The translations under genes were made by a program, and so were the position numbers. From positions 71,424,001 to 71,488,000 of the forward strand of contig OZ336873.1 of assembly GCA_965287045.1 (NCBI GenBank): a stretch of DNA of 64,000 bases. Direction: 5' to 3'. The DNA comes from Carcharhinus amblyrhynchos (Eukaryota). Each line of letters starts with the position of its first letter. Position 1 is the stretch's first letter. Under the pieces are notes generated by a model. The model was not told the origin of the DNA. It saw nothing but the letters and a program-made list of their open reading frames with translations, and did not search any database. This document shows, in pieces, positions 38,136 to 51,872 of this stretch.

Positions 38136-39644
38136 TATCTAGATCTTCTGGAGGAAGAGAGTTCTCCCCAGTGTCCTAGTAAATATTTATCCCTCAACCA
38201 ACATCGCCAAGAGAGATTATCTGGTCATTATCTCATTGCTCTTTGTGGGAGCTTGCTATACATAAATTGGCTACCATGTTTCCCATATTACAACATCAAG
38301 TTCACTTCATTAGCTGGAAAATGCTTTCAAATGCCTGTGATTGTGTATGAATGCTCACTGAAAAAAAAAAAGCAGCATCCCTCCCCTTACCCACTGCTGG
38401 TTCCTTGGTGGGGGGTGGGGGGGCAGGTGTTGAAGCAATGAAGAAAGCCATTGACATCAGGATTCTGCTGCCTCCATTGTTGCAAAGCTCATCAGGTTTT
38501 AATTTTCCTTATTCTTATAATGTGGATATCACTGGGCTGGGCCAGCATTTAGGGCCCATCCCTAATTGCCCTTGAACCTCAGTCATCTGAGGCTAGTTAA
38601 GAGTCAACCACCTTGCTGTGGATCTGAAGTTGCATGTATTCTGAACTAGGTAAAGACAACAGATTCCCTTCCCTAAAGAACATTATTGAAGCAGTGGCTC
38701 ATTATTGAAACTAGCTTCCAATTCCAGATTTTATGAGTTGAATTTAAATTCCACATGCTGCTATTTGAACTACAACACCAGAAAATTAGCTTGGGTTTCT
38801 GGATTCCTAATCCAGTGACATTACCATTATGCCAACATCTCCCCTGTAATTTTAAGTATTTGTTCTTGGGATTTAAGGTTCCCTACTCTGGTTTTGAAAA
38901 GGCAAATGCAGTTAATGTTGAGGTCAATGGTAACATTTTGATGGTGAGAAGCTTGGCAATGTTGGTTCTTAGTGAGAGGAGGTTAGTTTTTTTGCTTTTT
39001 CAGTACGGTAACTACATGGCAAATACAGCCTAACTGTTTACCTAACAGACCTGAGGCTTTTCCAAATCTGAGCTGGTTATTGGAGGCGGCCTGTTGAATT
39101 AAATTGACAATATACAAATATCAGAGAACTGTCCCAACTGGGCATTATGTCGGAGGGGAGGTGACTGGACCTCAGATACTTCCTGCTGTTTTGTCCTGGG
39201 GATGTGCAAATTAGCCTCTGTCACCAATAACATGGTTGGCTCAGTTGAAATGTAGAAGCCAGCAACTCTTTTCCCTTTGGACATTCAACTCTTTAAAACA
39301 CATCTGAATCAAGATTACAATGAACCTGGAACCAACTGAAGCTGAAGTGAACTAAACTAGTGGGGAGCAGGTATGGAACATCATCCTAGATGTGCAGCAA
39401 ACTTACCAGTGGGGAGTAGCTTCAAATCAGATATTAGGAGGTAACAGGACAATAGATCCATGCCTGAGAGTAGAAGAAAAATCTAGGAGGCAACCAAGGG
39501 GCGGCTTAGTCCAGTCATGGCCACCTATTGCTTCCTGAGAAAATAATAATTCTATTTTTCCCAGGAGAGAATGAAACAAGTGGAAATGCAGATTGTAAGT
39601 ATAACCTATTAGAGTTACCAAAAAATGTTTAAATAATTACTTAC

Positions 39645-39707
39645 CTGCTAATGTCTGGTCAAGGTCTGCAATAAAATCCTCCAAATCTCTTGTGTCTCCA
39701 AGTTTGG
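39645..39707 (-). CDS. rgcc: RGCC-like gene, coding exon 4
   Basis: ttttccccttaag|CC AAA CTT GGA GAC ACA ... TTA GCA G|gtaag. Encodes AKLGDTRDLEDFIADLDQTLA, the diagnostic RGCC C-terminal motif (human AKLGDTKELEAFIADLDKTLA). Confidence 0.95.
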
Positions 39708-40549
39708 CTTAAGGGGAAAATAAACAAAGTATTTAAACTACAAGTTAAGAACTCAAATAATTCAGCTGAACTTTGAAGACTCTCTTAACTCATAACAACA
39801 ACAAGCCTTTAATGTGCTAAAGCATTTCAAGGTGCTCCACAAGAGCAACCTGATAAAAGATGTACTGCAGCAACTCCCTAATGTTCCTTTGGCAGCATCT
39901 CCCAAATCCCCAATCTCCGCTGCCTAGAAGAACAGGGACAGCAGATGCATGGAAGCACCACTATCTCCAGGTTTTGTCGCAGGTCACGCACCATCCTGAC
40001 TTGGAATTATATTGCCATCCCTTCGGCAGCACCGGCTGAAATCCTGGTAGAATTTTTACCACAAGAACAACAATGGGTCAAGAAATTGGTACCCTCCAAT
40101 TTCTCAGGGGCAAGTAGGGTGGACAGAAAATGCAGGTCTTGCCAGTGATACCTACATCATGCAAATGGGTATTTTATTTAGAAAACTGACACTGAGTCAC
40201 ATATGGAAAACAGCAACCAAAAATTTGGTCAAAAGGATAGGCTTAGAGGAATATCTTTAAGAAGGAGAGAGTGGTGGAGAGATGAAAAGATTTAGGGAGG
40301 GAACTCCTTACTGCCTAGATGACTGATGGCATGGCTGTTAATGGAAGCTAGGGATACGTAAGGGGTTAGAGTTGAAGTAGTGCAGAGTTCTTGGAGGGTG
40401 GCATAGTTGGGGGAGAATACAACCTTGGAAGGATTTGAAATTTGTAATGTAACTATGCATAGGATCATCCATCTCTTATTCTCAAGTTTGCTACATTTTT
40501 GTTGCAATCTTTTCCGCTTACAGTATAGTATCTAACAGATTTATCCTCA

Positions 40550-40682
40550 GTTCTGATGAAGAGCCAAATGGACTCAAAACTATGAAATCTGTTCTCTCTC
40601 CTTACAGATGCTGTCAGACCTGCTGAGTTTTTTCAGCATTCTCTGTTTATATTTCAGATTCCAGCATCCGCAGTATTTTGGT
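40550..40682 (+). repeat. Penelope-associated short repeat with a decayed hammerhead core
   Basis: CTGATGA-AGAGCC-AAAT-GGACTC-AAAAC followed by ctctctcc..cagatgctgtcagacctgctgagt. Confidence 0.6.
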
Positions 40683-43600
40683 TATCTTAATGATTCTATT
40701 GTGTTTAATCTCCACACTGTTTGGCAGGTTGTTCCAACATTGTGAGCAAAGATCTACTTGCTGATATCAGACACACGAATTTCCTCAGATCTATTCCTGG
40801 TCTGCCTAGAAGTCAATTTAAAGCTTTCAGGGCCTGGGATGCCCAAACTATTTTATAACCTTTTCCAAGCCAGTAAAAAACAAGGTTTTAGCAAGAAGCA
40901 TAGAGAAATAGGCCTGTAGAGTTTTGCACACTGTGTCTGAAGTGAAACAAGGTCATAATTCACTATGTGTAACTTACTGCATTTTGTCATGCAGAACCTG
41001 AACCTGGTGATGCGCAAGGCAGACTTCCATCTGTTCCCACAGCAGGGTTTTCCTGTAATAGATCACTAGCCTGTCACCAGAGGGTTATAGCTTGAAGTGA
41101 TCCACTCCTCAAACATGGCTGACCAGGAATCCCTCCCACTCTTACCACCTGCCATTGGCAGGATTTTGCAGGTTGATTCTCAGTCTGTTTGGCCGCATTG
41201 ATCTTGATCATGGAGTGGGACTCAAACCCAGAGCTTCTGGCTCAGAGGCAGGGACACTACTCATTGTGCCACAAGGCCTCCATTTTGTCATATACAAAGA
41301 AATAAAAATATGGAATTGAATATCAGGAGCTGTATATGGTTTGCCCATCTAATGAAGACAGTTTTGTGTTAATCCCTGAGAATCTCTACTGTGTCAGTTC
41401 CTGTCTATACCATAGCAATTATCTCCAATCAGCATCTAATTTTAATTAAGAGAACCAAAGATTGAACCAGTTAATATTTTCATCTTACAATTAAAAAAAG
41501 TCCGTCCCTAATTTGTTTCTTGCACCTTAATTATTGAAGCAGTCTGCTTTCACCTTCTCAATCTGACTGCTTTATTTTTAAACACCCCATAATCCCTATT
41601 CCAGCAAATAATTTGAATAAGTTTTGTTCTTCTCTATACTCTATGAAGGTGTTAATGAGTAAAATTATTATTTAGTGAATAAGTAATTATTGAAGCATGG
41701 TGTGTTCCACAAATATTAAAGCTTACCATCAATTCTTTTCACCCAGTATATTCTATCACTTGCTAGTTACTTTGCCAAATTGCTCACGCATCTGAAGTGA
41801 TTATTCATAAAGTCTCCCTATGCTATCTTAATTGTTTCTATACGAACACAACATATTTCATTTTGCTCATTATTATTTTATCGTTCTCAGGTTTTAACTT
41901 GGCATTTCCATGCCCTACTGTAGAATTAATCTAAGTCCCTTAGTTGAATTTTCAGTCTCCCTTCCATTCCCACAGGAGATTCATTTTAACACCCAGGTCA
42001 TTTCTGCATTCAAATTATTGGAAGCAATTTAATCATGTTACTTTGACAGAGTGGCTGAACAGGACTGAGGGTCAGGAGAATCTGAGTAGGTACTGATCTC
42101 ACCCAGGCTATGGTCAGGAAGATACCATTGGTACAAAAACTGTTGAGCGAGGAAAGGCAAGATTTCTGCGGTGATTAGCCATGTCCCTACTGGAAGAACC
42201 CACGGACAAGATCAAACTCAGCCACGATATCACTACAGTCAAAAGCTTACTCCAATGTCCAAGTTCATGCTTGAGTGTAACCATGAGTCAAGAGGAAATG
42301 GTCCCCTCCAGCCAAGTGAGGAGGAGACTGGAACATGATTATGTTGGAGTTCATTGATTCAGTAACTTTGAAAACTTGTGTCTGTAAGTATATGAAACTA
42401 ATGCTGCAATACCCTGACACCACTTTGAAGAGTGATTGGAGAGCCCCTTACGAATCACAGCCTAGAACTTTAACCAATCTGATCCTAGAGATTGCCAGTA
42501 AGCCAATCAGATCTTAATCATTGTAGCAAAAATATATATATATATATATATTCTAGACAATAAATCCCTTGTACTTTATCAAGGCATGTAAGAAGAATAT
42601 TTGTAAAACAATGGACATATCAATGTGACAATCCAGAAATGTAAATTTCACCACTAACATGGCTCCCCCATATCATGTCACCACCATTTCTGTCCAAATA
42701 ACACAACACACCCATACAGATTTCCAAATGCTTTGAACTCAGTTACATCTCTCTTCAATGCTGGGCAAACTCAACCTGCCACCAATCCTCAACACTGTAC
42801 CTCTTAATGGGAGGCCAACTGTAAAGGTACCAAATATATATACTGCTTACATAATTAACCACTGATAGGAGAGACCATGCAGCCCATGATCTAAGGCATT
42901 CAGATAAGAATATGCTTAACTTACAACAGGAAATGGGCCTGAAATGAAGATACACAGAAACCTAACACCTCGGAATAAATCTCTAGCTGTGGTGCCTCAA
43001 CATTTCACTTTCATTGTGTGGTAAAGAAATAAAAAAAGGAACAAAATCTTTGAGGGAGGGAAAGATTGAATGAGATCCTGCCTCTTGGTAGGGGATGAAA
43101 AAGGTGGCCTTGTGAAGAAATGGAGTGCTCTTTGTAATATAACAAGTGGACATCTGGAAAAAGAGGGAATCTTTGACGACAGCGAGAGACAGAGACAGCA
43201 TTCTGTTGGGAACAAGATGGGGAAGACGAAAAGGCCAGCTGAGATGGGGGAATAAATGAAAGCAAGATGCATACACTCCCGCTGAATGAGAAAGGCAAGG
43301 AGGGAAACCTCACTTGGGGCACAGATCTTGAGTTCAGGAAGGGACAGTTGCAATTTAGATTTACTGGTCTTACATTATTCTATGACTCAACACCCAACTG
43401 AGTATTAAGTAACTACTGCAGCTGGGGAAGCCATTGAAAGTAACCAACTTTACGTCATTTGCCGGATACCACTGAAATAACTGAAGTTTCTAGAACAATA
43501 ATTGGCATCACAATGACTGTAACATAACTGCTTCAATTCCACAATGTAGAATTCCAGTCAGGATAGTGTCACTTCAACATGGGGTGATGAAAGGTAACAA

Positions 43601-43715
43601 TCAGTTCTTATAGTTATTTACCATCACAGCTATCTAGGCCAACACTGACACCAGTGTAGGAGTACTAAGAGCAAGGCCAAGAGCCTTTAATAGTGTAAAT
43701 TGTTTTATTTCCTAC

Positions 43716-43793
43716 CTTTGGATGCTGTTGTGTCCACAGAGGTCAGTTTCTCAATACTACAGTTTAAGCTGCTGCCAGCAGATGAAGTTGTAC
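43716..43793 (-). CDS. rgcc: RGCC-like gene, coding exon 3
   Basis: ttttatcactgacag|GT ACA ACT ... TCC AAA G|gtagg; 78 nt, phase 1/1. Encodes TTSSAGSSLNCSIEKLTSVDTTASK (compare RGCC NSFSFSDEKLNS). Confidence 0.85.
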
Positions 43794-45469
43794 CTGTCAG
43801 TGATAAAAGTCAATGATCTGAGAGTGCTGTTTTGTTCTGCTGTTTACCCAGAATCTTACACTTTTTAGATAAACGATCAATATCTAGGTCAGCACCTATT
43901 TCACAGAAATGATTGCATCACTGCTGCAGTCAATTCTGTCAAAGTCCCAGAATCAGAACAGTGTTTTTTAGATTATGTATTATATCTCCATTCCTCAAGG
44001 ATTTTTTTTATCCTCCATCCTACAACACAAACAGGATGTTTATCTCAATTTAACCAGTGATGCATCTTATTGTTATTTGTGGAATCTTACTGTGCATATA
44101 TTAAATATTGTGTGTCCCTGCATTGCAACAGTGACTACACTTTAATCGTGTACACCTCACTGCCTGCAAAGTGTTATGGGATCTCTTGTGGTCATGAAAG
44201 ATCCAATATGAATAGTACCTTTCGTGTCTGGATTGAAAATGAGTGCGAGTCTGACTAATGCATAGTGACCACATATAAGAAGTGATACTGCAAAGAAGTA
44301 CATTTAAAGCAGGCCAAATTTGCAAACATGTCCCCCCTCCTGTATCTTTCCTGAGGTGAAAGAGAAACAAAGTAACATGGTTAAGATCCTGACTGATTGT
44401 CAGGATATTTCAGCTCAGGCAAATGAAACTAATGAGCTGGCACTAACCCTGATGTACATTTTACAATCCAATTTCAGAGCAAGTTGATAGTAGAATTCTA
44501 TGCATTAAACAGATTATAATAAGTTTTATTTAACAGATTGCAGATTCAGAAGAAGGTCTAAACAGCAATGCTAACTAAAGACTCATACAATTGGTTAGGG
44601 TCGTAAAACGAAGGCTTCCACATGCGTAGGGTAATTTTAATCTATTTCAGAGGGGAAACCCATGGGATTGCATGGTTTGCTGTTTTTATACTCAATGCAA
44701 TGAATCCTAGAGGAAGTAAAATAAAGCCAATGTTGCACCCAAAACTGTCAGCTCCCCAATGGGCAAATGGGATGAAAATTGCCAGTCCATTGTATTGCAA
44801 GATCGAGGGCTAACTTTATTCTTCCAGCAAGTTTAATCAGACACTCCCAATGGAAGGGAAGTTTCCAGCCTTCTTCAGCTATGATGGGCTGTGACAGCCC
44901 ATAAGGACAACTAAAAAAAATTAAATTTAAAAAGCATTTTCTTCTTCCTCTCCTATATTGCAGTTTTCTTTTTATCAAAAGGTGGAGCAGTTACTGCTCT
45001 ACCCTAATCCGTGTTAGCATTAATCCCAAGAAAAAAAACTTGCTTTAATATTGCACTTCACAAAAACATCAAAACATTCCAAATTTGTTTGCGACCAATT
45101 AGCTACTTGAAGAAGTGCGGTCACTTTTGTAATTTAGAAAACATAGCAAGCACTTTGTGCACACAGTCCCACAATTAGTGATATGATAATGGGCAGAAAA
45201 TCTGTTTGAGATGTTGGCCAGAATCTTCCCACTGTTCACACTGGCAGGATTTTCCCATCCCACTACAGTGAATGGCGACCTGTCTGGCCGCCAAATTCAC
45301 TGACCTCAATGCAGTGGGAGCATGGCATCACACCCATGAAAGATAAATAATGACCAGGATATCAGAGTAAACCTCCTACTCTTATTTTAAAAAGTACCAC
45401 AAAATCTTTTTACGTGTACCTGAGGCTAGCTGAAACATGGTTTTAATGTTTCGGAGGTGATGATCACGA

Positions 45470-45740
45470 GGGCTCATGGAGAGAGGGGCGAGGTATAACT
45501 GATAGAAGGACTTTTTTTTTCGCAGAAGGTGGTGGGGACCTGGAATGCGCTGCCAAGTAGGGTGGTGGAGACAGACACGCTGGCATAGTTTAAGAATTAC
45601 CTGGATAGTCACATGAGCAGCCTGGGAATGGAGGGATACACATGAATGGTCTAGTTGGACCAATGTGCAGCACAGGCTTGGAGGGCCAAAGGGCCTGTTT
45701 CCTGTGCTGTACTGTTCTTTCTTCTTGTTCTTTGTTCGTT
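45470..45740 (+). mobile_element. CR1 3' terminal fragment
   Basis: ttttt.gcagaaggtggtggggacctggaatgcgctgcca and the tail gggcc.aagggcctgtttcctgtgctgtactgttcttt. Confidence 0.85.
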
Positions 45741-45904
45741 CCTGCTCATTGAACAGAACTTCCAGTATACCAACTGCACTTGATTTGAAAATTATTCACT
45801 AATAGTTAAAACGCATTCCGTTAAAAAAAGTTTTATTCTATAAAAAAGGAGATTAATGCTTCAATGAAGCGAAAAAAAATTGAGGCAGATGGAGCTCATA
45901 AATG

Positions 45905-46100
45905 TTTTACTCCATTCTTAAAGTTACAAAGCCAGTGCTCAGAATGAACAAGCAAATCCGAATCCATTCCAAAAATCAAATTCAAAATCCAATTTGTGGT
46001 CCCCACAAGAGAGACAAACAGGATCCAAACTGACAAGATAAGGCATTGCATCTCACCTTGGGCCTGATCTGACACTTGATTTTAGTCAAAAGGCTGAGAA
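45905..46100 (-). pseudogene. U2 snRNA-derived repeat, copy A (RGCC intron 2, sense orientation)
   Basis: Minus strand TTCTCAGCCTTTTGACTAAAATCAAGTGT matches the U2 5' end; further U2-like blocks and an Sm-site-like GATTTTTGGA follow. Confidence 0.75.
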
Positions 46101-46199
46101 CAGCCTGGCATAGATATTAAACACCAATAGAAATTAAGATGCGAGTTTAAGCCTCATCTTAAACGGTTCACTGGCATCACTGAATCCCACGCTATCAAC

Positions 46200-46860
46200 A
46201 TCCTGGGATTACCATCAGTCAGAAACTGAAATGCACGAGCCATATAAATACAGTGCTACAACAGCAGGTCAGAGGCTGGCGATCCTGCGGGAAGTAACTT
46301 ACCTCCTGACTCCACCATCTACAAGGCACAGGTCAAGAGTGTGATGGAATACTCTCCACTTGCCTGGATGAGTGCAGCTTCAAAAACACCTCAAGAAACT
46401 TGACACCATCCAGGACAAAGCAGCCCATTTGATTGGCACTCTGATCCCTTATCTTAAACATTCAATTTCTCCACTACCAATGCACAGTGGCAGCCATGTG
46501 TACCATCTACAAGATGCAGTGCAGGAACTCACCAAGGCTCCTTAAGCAGCATCTTTCAAACCTGTGACCTTTCCTACCTAGAAGGACAAGGGCAGCAGAC
46601 ACAAGGAAACACCGCCACCTGGAAATTCCCCTCCACGCCACTCACCATCTGGACTTGAAATATATCACCATTCTGTCATTGTGGCTGGGTCAAAATCCTG
46701 GAACTCCATCTCAAACAGTGCTATGGGTGTATCTACATCACTGGGATTGCACTGGTTTAAGAGGACAGCTCACCACCACCTTCTTAAGGACAATTAGGGA
46801 TGAGCAATAAAATTACTGGCCTAGCTAGAGATGCTCACATCCCGTAAATAAATTTAAAAA
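46200..46860 (+). mobile_element. 3' end of a second CR1-group LINE family
   Basis: Reads IYKAQVKSVMEYSPLAWMSAA..KKLDTIQDKAA. Related pieces lie at 5630-5830, 39890-40170, 53700-54180 (minus) and 60430-60780. Confidence 0.7.
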
Positions 46861-47249
46861 TCTTGGCAATTTTAGAAATGGAATTCAGAGGATTTCTTTC
46901 CTTAAATTTGGGGAAACAAAATCTGGTATCTCACCAGGAAGCTGTTGGATTGTTGTAAAAACTCAATTAGTTCACTATATGGGACTGAAACCATGCGTAC
47001 CAACAGCTCAGTGCCAGTGTTTATGCTCCAAATGGGTCTCCACCCATCCTCATTAATAAATCCTCTTAATCCTTTCTCCCCAATGACCTCAGTTACATTT
47101 CACAAGCAGGGACATCAAAGAATGTATTCCCAATTCTTTATCCAGCTGAGTTTATACTGGACCCCAATCCCACAGTGTCCTTGACTCTTAACCTTCCATA
47201 ATAATCTAGCAAACCCTGCAGTTAATCATTCGAGAAAGTAATCACCATC

Positions 47250-50200
47250 ATTGCAGGGTTCAGTTGTATGGAGAATTAGAAAATCAAAGTTAAAGGAGAG
47301 GGTAGAAGTGCAGGTTAACAATGAGGACTTTCAACTAGTTAAAGGAGCTGAGGGCTCAGGAGAGCTTATTAAAGTTTCAAGACCACGTAATAAAGCGGAG
47401 TGTAGAGAAGGTGGTAACCCCAGGCAGAGCAAAAATGGTGACAAGTTTGAGACGGGAAGTGGTCAATGCAGGACTGAGGGTGTTGTACCTAAATGCATGT
47501 AGTATATGGAACAAGGTAAATGAGCTTGGCCAGTACAATGTTGTGGGCATCACAGAGACATGGCTGCAAAAGGATCAGGACTGGGAACCAACTGTCCAAG
47601 GATATGTGTCCTGTCGAAAGGACAGGCAGATAGGCAAAGGGAGCAGGTTTGCATTGCAAGTAAGGAATGAAGTTAAGTCAACACTGAGAAGTGATATAGA
47701 ATCAGAAGGCATGGACTCGGTGGGTAAAGTTGAGGAACCGCAAAGGTAAAAGATCCTGATGGGAGTTGTGTACAGGCCCTCCAGCAGTAGTCAGGATGTG
47801 GGGCAGAAAATAAATCAGGAGATAGAAAAGGCATATAAAAGAAGGCAAATTACAATAATCATGGGGGATTTCAATATGCAGGTGGACTGAGAAAAATCAA
47901 GTAGGTAGTGCATCCCAAGAAAAGGAATTTGTGGAATGTCTAAGAGATTTTTTTTGCAGCAGCTTGTGATAGAGCCTACTAAGGAGCAGGCAATTCTGGA
48001 TTTTGTAATTTGTTATGAGGCAGACATGATTAGGGAACTTATGGTGAAGGACTCCTTAGGACAGTGACCACAATATGATAGAATTTACCCTGCCGTTTGA
48101 GAGGGAATCAGATGTAACGGTATTATAATTAAATAAAGGTAACTACAACGACAAAAGGAAGGAGCTGCCCAGAGTTGATTGGAAAGGGAGCCTAGCAGGG
48201 AAGACTGTGGAACAGCAATAGCAGGAGCTTTGGGAGGTTATTCGGGAGGCACCACAGAAATTCACCCCAAGAAGGAGGAAACATGCTAATAGGAGGACAA
48301 AGCGTCCATAGCTGGCGAGGAAAGTCAAGGGCAGCATAAAACATAAGAACATAAGAAATAGGAGCAGGAGTAGGCCATCTGGCCCTTCGAGCCTGCCCCG
48401 CCATTCAATAAGATCATGGCTGATCTGTCGTGGCTCAGTTCCACTTTCCCGCCCTCTCCCCATAACCCTTAATCCCCTCTCTTATCAAAAACCCATCAAC
48501 CCGCTTCTTAAAAATATTTAGCGAGGCAGCCTCCACCACTTCAACGGGCAGAGAATTCCAGAGATTCACCACCCTTTGAGTGAAGAAGTTCCTCCTCAAC
48601 TCCGTTCTGAACCGCCCCCCCTTTATCTTGAGGCTGTGCCCCCTAGTCCTACTGTCTTTTTTGAGCGGGAAGAGTCTTTCCACCTCTATCCTATCCATCC
48701 CATTCATCATCTTATACGTCTCAATGAGATCTCCCCTCATTCTTCTAAACTCTAACGAGTACAAGCCTAGTTTATTCAGCCTCTCCTCATAGCTCAACCC
48801 CCTCAACTCCGGTATCAGCCTAGTAAACCTCCTCTGCACTCCCTCCAGGGCCAAAATATCCTTGCGCAGGTGCGGCGCCCAAAACTGCACACAGTACTCC
48901 AGCTGCGGCCTCACCAATGCCCTATACAGCTGCAGCAAGACCTCCCTACTTTTATATTCAATCCCCCTCGCTATGAAGGCCAGCATCCCATTCGCCTTCC
49001 TGACCACCTGCTGCACTTGCAGGCTGGGTTTTTGCGACTCATGCACAAGGACCCCGAGGTCCCTCTGCACCGTCGCCTGCTGCAGTTTTTCGCCACGTAA
49101 GTAATAGTCCTTCCTACCATTCTTCCTACCAAAGTGGACCACCTCACACTTGCCAACATTAAATTCCATTTGCCATTTCCTGGCCCATTCGCCCAGCCTA
49201 TCTAGATCCTTCTGCAGACTCTCCACACCCTCCGCACAATTTGCCTTTCCCCCAATCTTGGTGTCATCAGCAAATTTCGACACCCTACACTCGGTTCCCT
49301 CCTCCAGATCATCTATATAAATGGTAAATAGCTGAGGCCCCAGCACCGACCCCTGGGGCACCCCACTAGTCACCAACCGCCAATCCGAATAGCACCCATT
49401 GACCCCCACTCTCTGCCTCCTATTTGACAACCAATCCTCTATCCACGCTAACACCCTACCCCCAACTCCATGTCCTCTGACCTTCTGCAGTAACCTCTTG
49501 TGAGGTACCTTATCAAACGCCTTCTGAAAATCCAGAAAGACCACATCCACCGGCTCTCCTCTATCCACCGCCCTAGACACATCCTCATAGAACTCCAGTA
49601 AATTTGTCAGACACGACTTCCCTTTAATGAAACCGTGTTGCGTCTGCCCTATCAAGCAATTCCCTTCAAGATGCCTCGCAATTTCCTCCTTAATGACGGA
49701 TTCTAACATTTTACCTACCACAGACGTTAAACTAACCGGCCTGTAATTCCCCGCCTTTTGCCTGGCACCCTTCTTAAACAACGGCGTAACATTAGCCGTT
49801 TTCCAATCCTCCGGCACTTCCCCGGAATCCAGCGACGTCTGGAAAATAACCACCAAGGCATCCACTATCACCTCCGCCATTTCTTTCAGAACCCTCGGAT
49901 GCATTCCATCCGGTCCTGGGGACTTGTCCACAATCAGCCCCTCCAGTCTGTCGCGCACCACCTCTCTAGTAACAGTAAGCAAAAGAAAAAGCATACGAAG
50001 TGGCAGGGATTAGTGGGAAGCCTTCAAAAGCGAGCAGAAGACAACTAAAAAAGCAATAGGGGAGGGGAGAAGATGAAATATGATTGTAAGCTAGCTAGTA
50101 ATATAAAAGAAAATAGGAAGAGTTTTTTTTCAATATACAAAAGGCAAGAGGCAAAAATAGACATTGGACCACTGGAAAACGAGGCTGGAGAAAGAATAAA

Positions 50201-51872
50201 AGGAAACAAAGGAATGGCAGAGGAACTGAATAGTTACTTTGCATCAGTCTTTACGGTGGAAGACACCAGTGGGATGCCAGAGCTCCAGAAGAATCAGGGG
50301 GCACAGGTGGCCATCACTAAGGAGAAAGTTCTGGGGAAACTGAAAGCTCTGATCATGAATAAAGCACCTGGACTGGATGGAATAAAAGAGATTGTTGAGG
50401 AAGCTGTGGAGGCATTGCTGGTGATCTTTCAGCAATCACTGGAGGCAGGGAGGGTCCCAGAGGACTGGAAAATAGCTAATGTAACACCGCTGTTTAAGAA
50501 AGGAGGGAGACAGCAAACAGGAAATTATAGGCCTGTTAGCCTGACTTCAGTCATTGGCAAGATTTTAGACTCCATTATTAAAGATGAGATCGCGGAGTAC
50601 TTGCAAGTGCATGATAAAATAGGACTGAGTTAGCACGGCTTTGTCAAGGGGAGGTCATGTCTGACCAATCTGTTAGAGCTCTTTGAAGTGGTAACAAGGA
50701 AGTTAAATAAAGGAGAACCAGTGAATGTGATTTATTTAGATTTCCAAAAGGTCTTTGGACAAGGTACCGCATAGGAAATTGTTAAATAAGTTATGAGCCC
50801 GTAGTGTTAATGTAAGATCCTGGCATGGATAGAGGATTGGCTGACTGGCAGAAGGTAGAGTGTGGGGTTTAGGAGTATTTTTCAGGATGGCAGCTGAGGA
50901 CTGGTGGTTTGCCTCAGGGATCAGTGCTGGGACCACAACTTTTCACAATATACGTTAATGATTTGGAAGAAGGAACTGAAGGCACTGTTGCTAAGTTTGC
51001 AGATGAAACAAAGATAGGTAGAAGGACAAGTAGTATTGAGGAAGCAAGGCGGGCAGGAGGAGTGCTGCAGAAGGGCTTGGACAGGTTAGGAGAGTGGGCA
51101 AAGAAGTGGCAGATGGAATACCATATGGAAAAGTGGAAGGTGGAATGGTGGTATAGGCTATTTTCTAAATGGGGAAATACTTAGGAAATCAGAAACACAA
51201 AGCGACTAGAGTCCTTTTTCAAGATTCTTTTAAGGTTAACGTGCAGGTTCAGTTGGCAGTTAGGAAGGCAAATGCAATGTTAGCATTCAAGTCGACAGGG
51301 CTAGAATACAAAAGCAGGAATGTACTTCTGAGGCTATATAAGGCTGTGGTCAGACCCCATTTGGAGCATTGTTAGCAGTTCTGGACCCCCTATCTAAGGA
51401 AAGATGTAGTGGCTTTGGAAAGGGTCCAGAGGAGATTCACAAGAATGATCCCTGGAATGAAGAGCTTGTCGTATGAGGAACGGTTGAGGACCCTGGGTCT
51501 GTATTTGTTGAAGTTTAGAAGTATGAGGTGGGATATAATTGAAACTTACAGGATACTGCGAGGTCTGGATAGAATGGACACGGAGGGGATGTTTCCACTA
51601 ATAGGAAAAACTAGAACTAGAGGGACAATCCTGTAAAACACAGAGGCGGAGGAATTTCTTCAGCCAGAGAGTGATGAATCTGTGGAACTCTTTGTTGCAG
51701 AAGGCCAGGTCATTGAGTGTCTTTAAGATAGAGATAGGTAAGTTCTGATTAAGGGGATCAGGGGTTATGGGGAAAAGGCAGGGGAACAGAGATGAGAAAA
51801 ATGAGCCATGATTGAAAGGCGGTGCAGACTTGATAGGAGCAGAATTAGGCCACTCAGCCTATGTCTTATGGG
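47250..51872 (+). mobile_element. Old CR1 LINE (endonuclease to 3' tail) hosting a younger antisense CR1
   Basis: LRVLYLNACSIWNK..VVGITETWLQ (endonuclease); ORFs 50073..50633, 50909..51184, 51169..51375 and 51409..51636. Confidence 0.92.
48340..49976 (-). mobile_element. Very young CR1 with an uninterrupted RT domain, 5'-truncated
   Basis: 519-aa ORF 48435..49994 with DFQKAFDKV, PQGSVLGP and KFADD and no stops; CpG-rich; (ATGTTCTT)n tail. The first few residues of the ORF come from flanking DNA. Confidence 0.97.

Noticed and set aside
39293-39303. Alternative RGCC terminal exon (ttgattcag|AT GTG TTT TAA, giving ...LADVF*)
   Set aside because: Weak pyrimidine tract and no nearby poly(A) signal noted. 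The 36162 acceptor is much stronger and gives a Met-ending C-terminus like other RGCCs.
45905-46100. Functional U2 snRNA gene, or insertion site of a U2-targeting LINE
   Set aside because: The branch-point pairing sequence is disrupted and there are many substitutions. The interruption is only ~25 nt with U2-like sequence resuming, not a retroelement body.
48435-49994. 519-aa RT ORF as a host gene or novel RT system
   Set aside because: Standard 5'-truncated CR1 ORF2 with a CR1 tail; the apparent start comes from flanking DNA.
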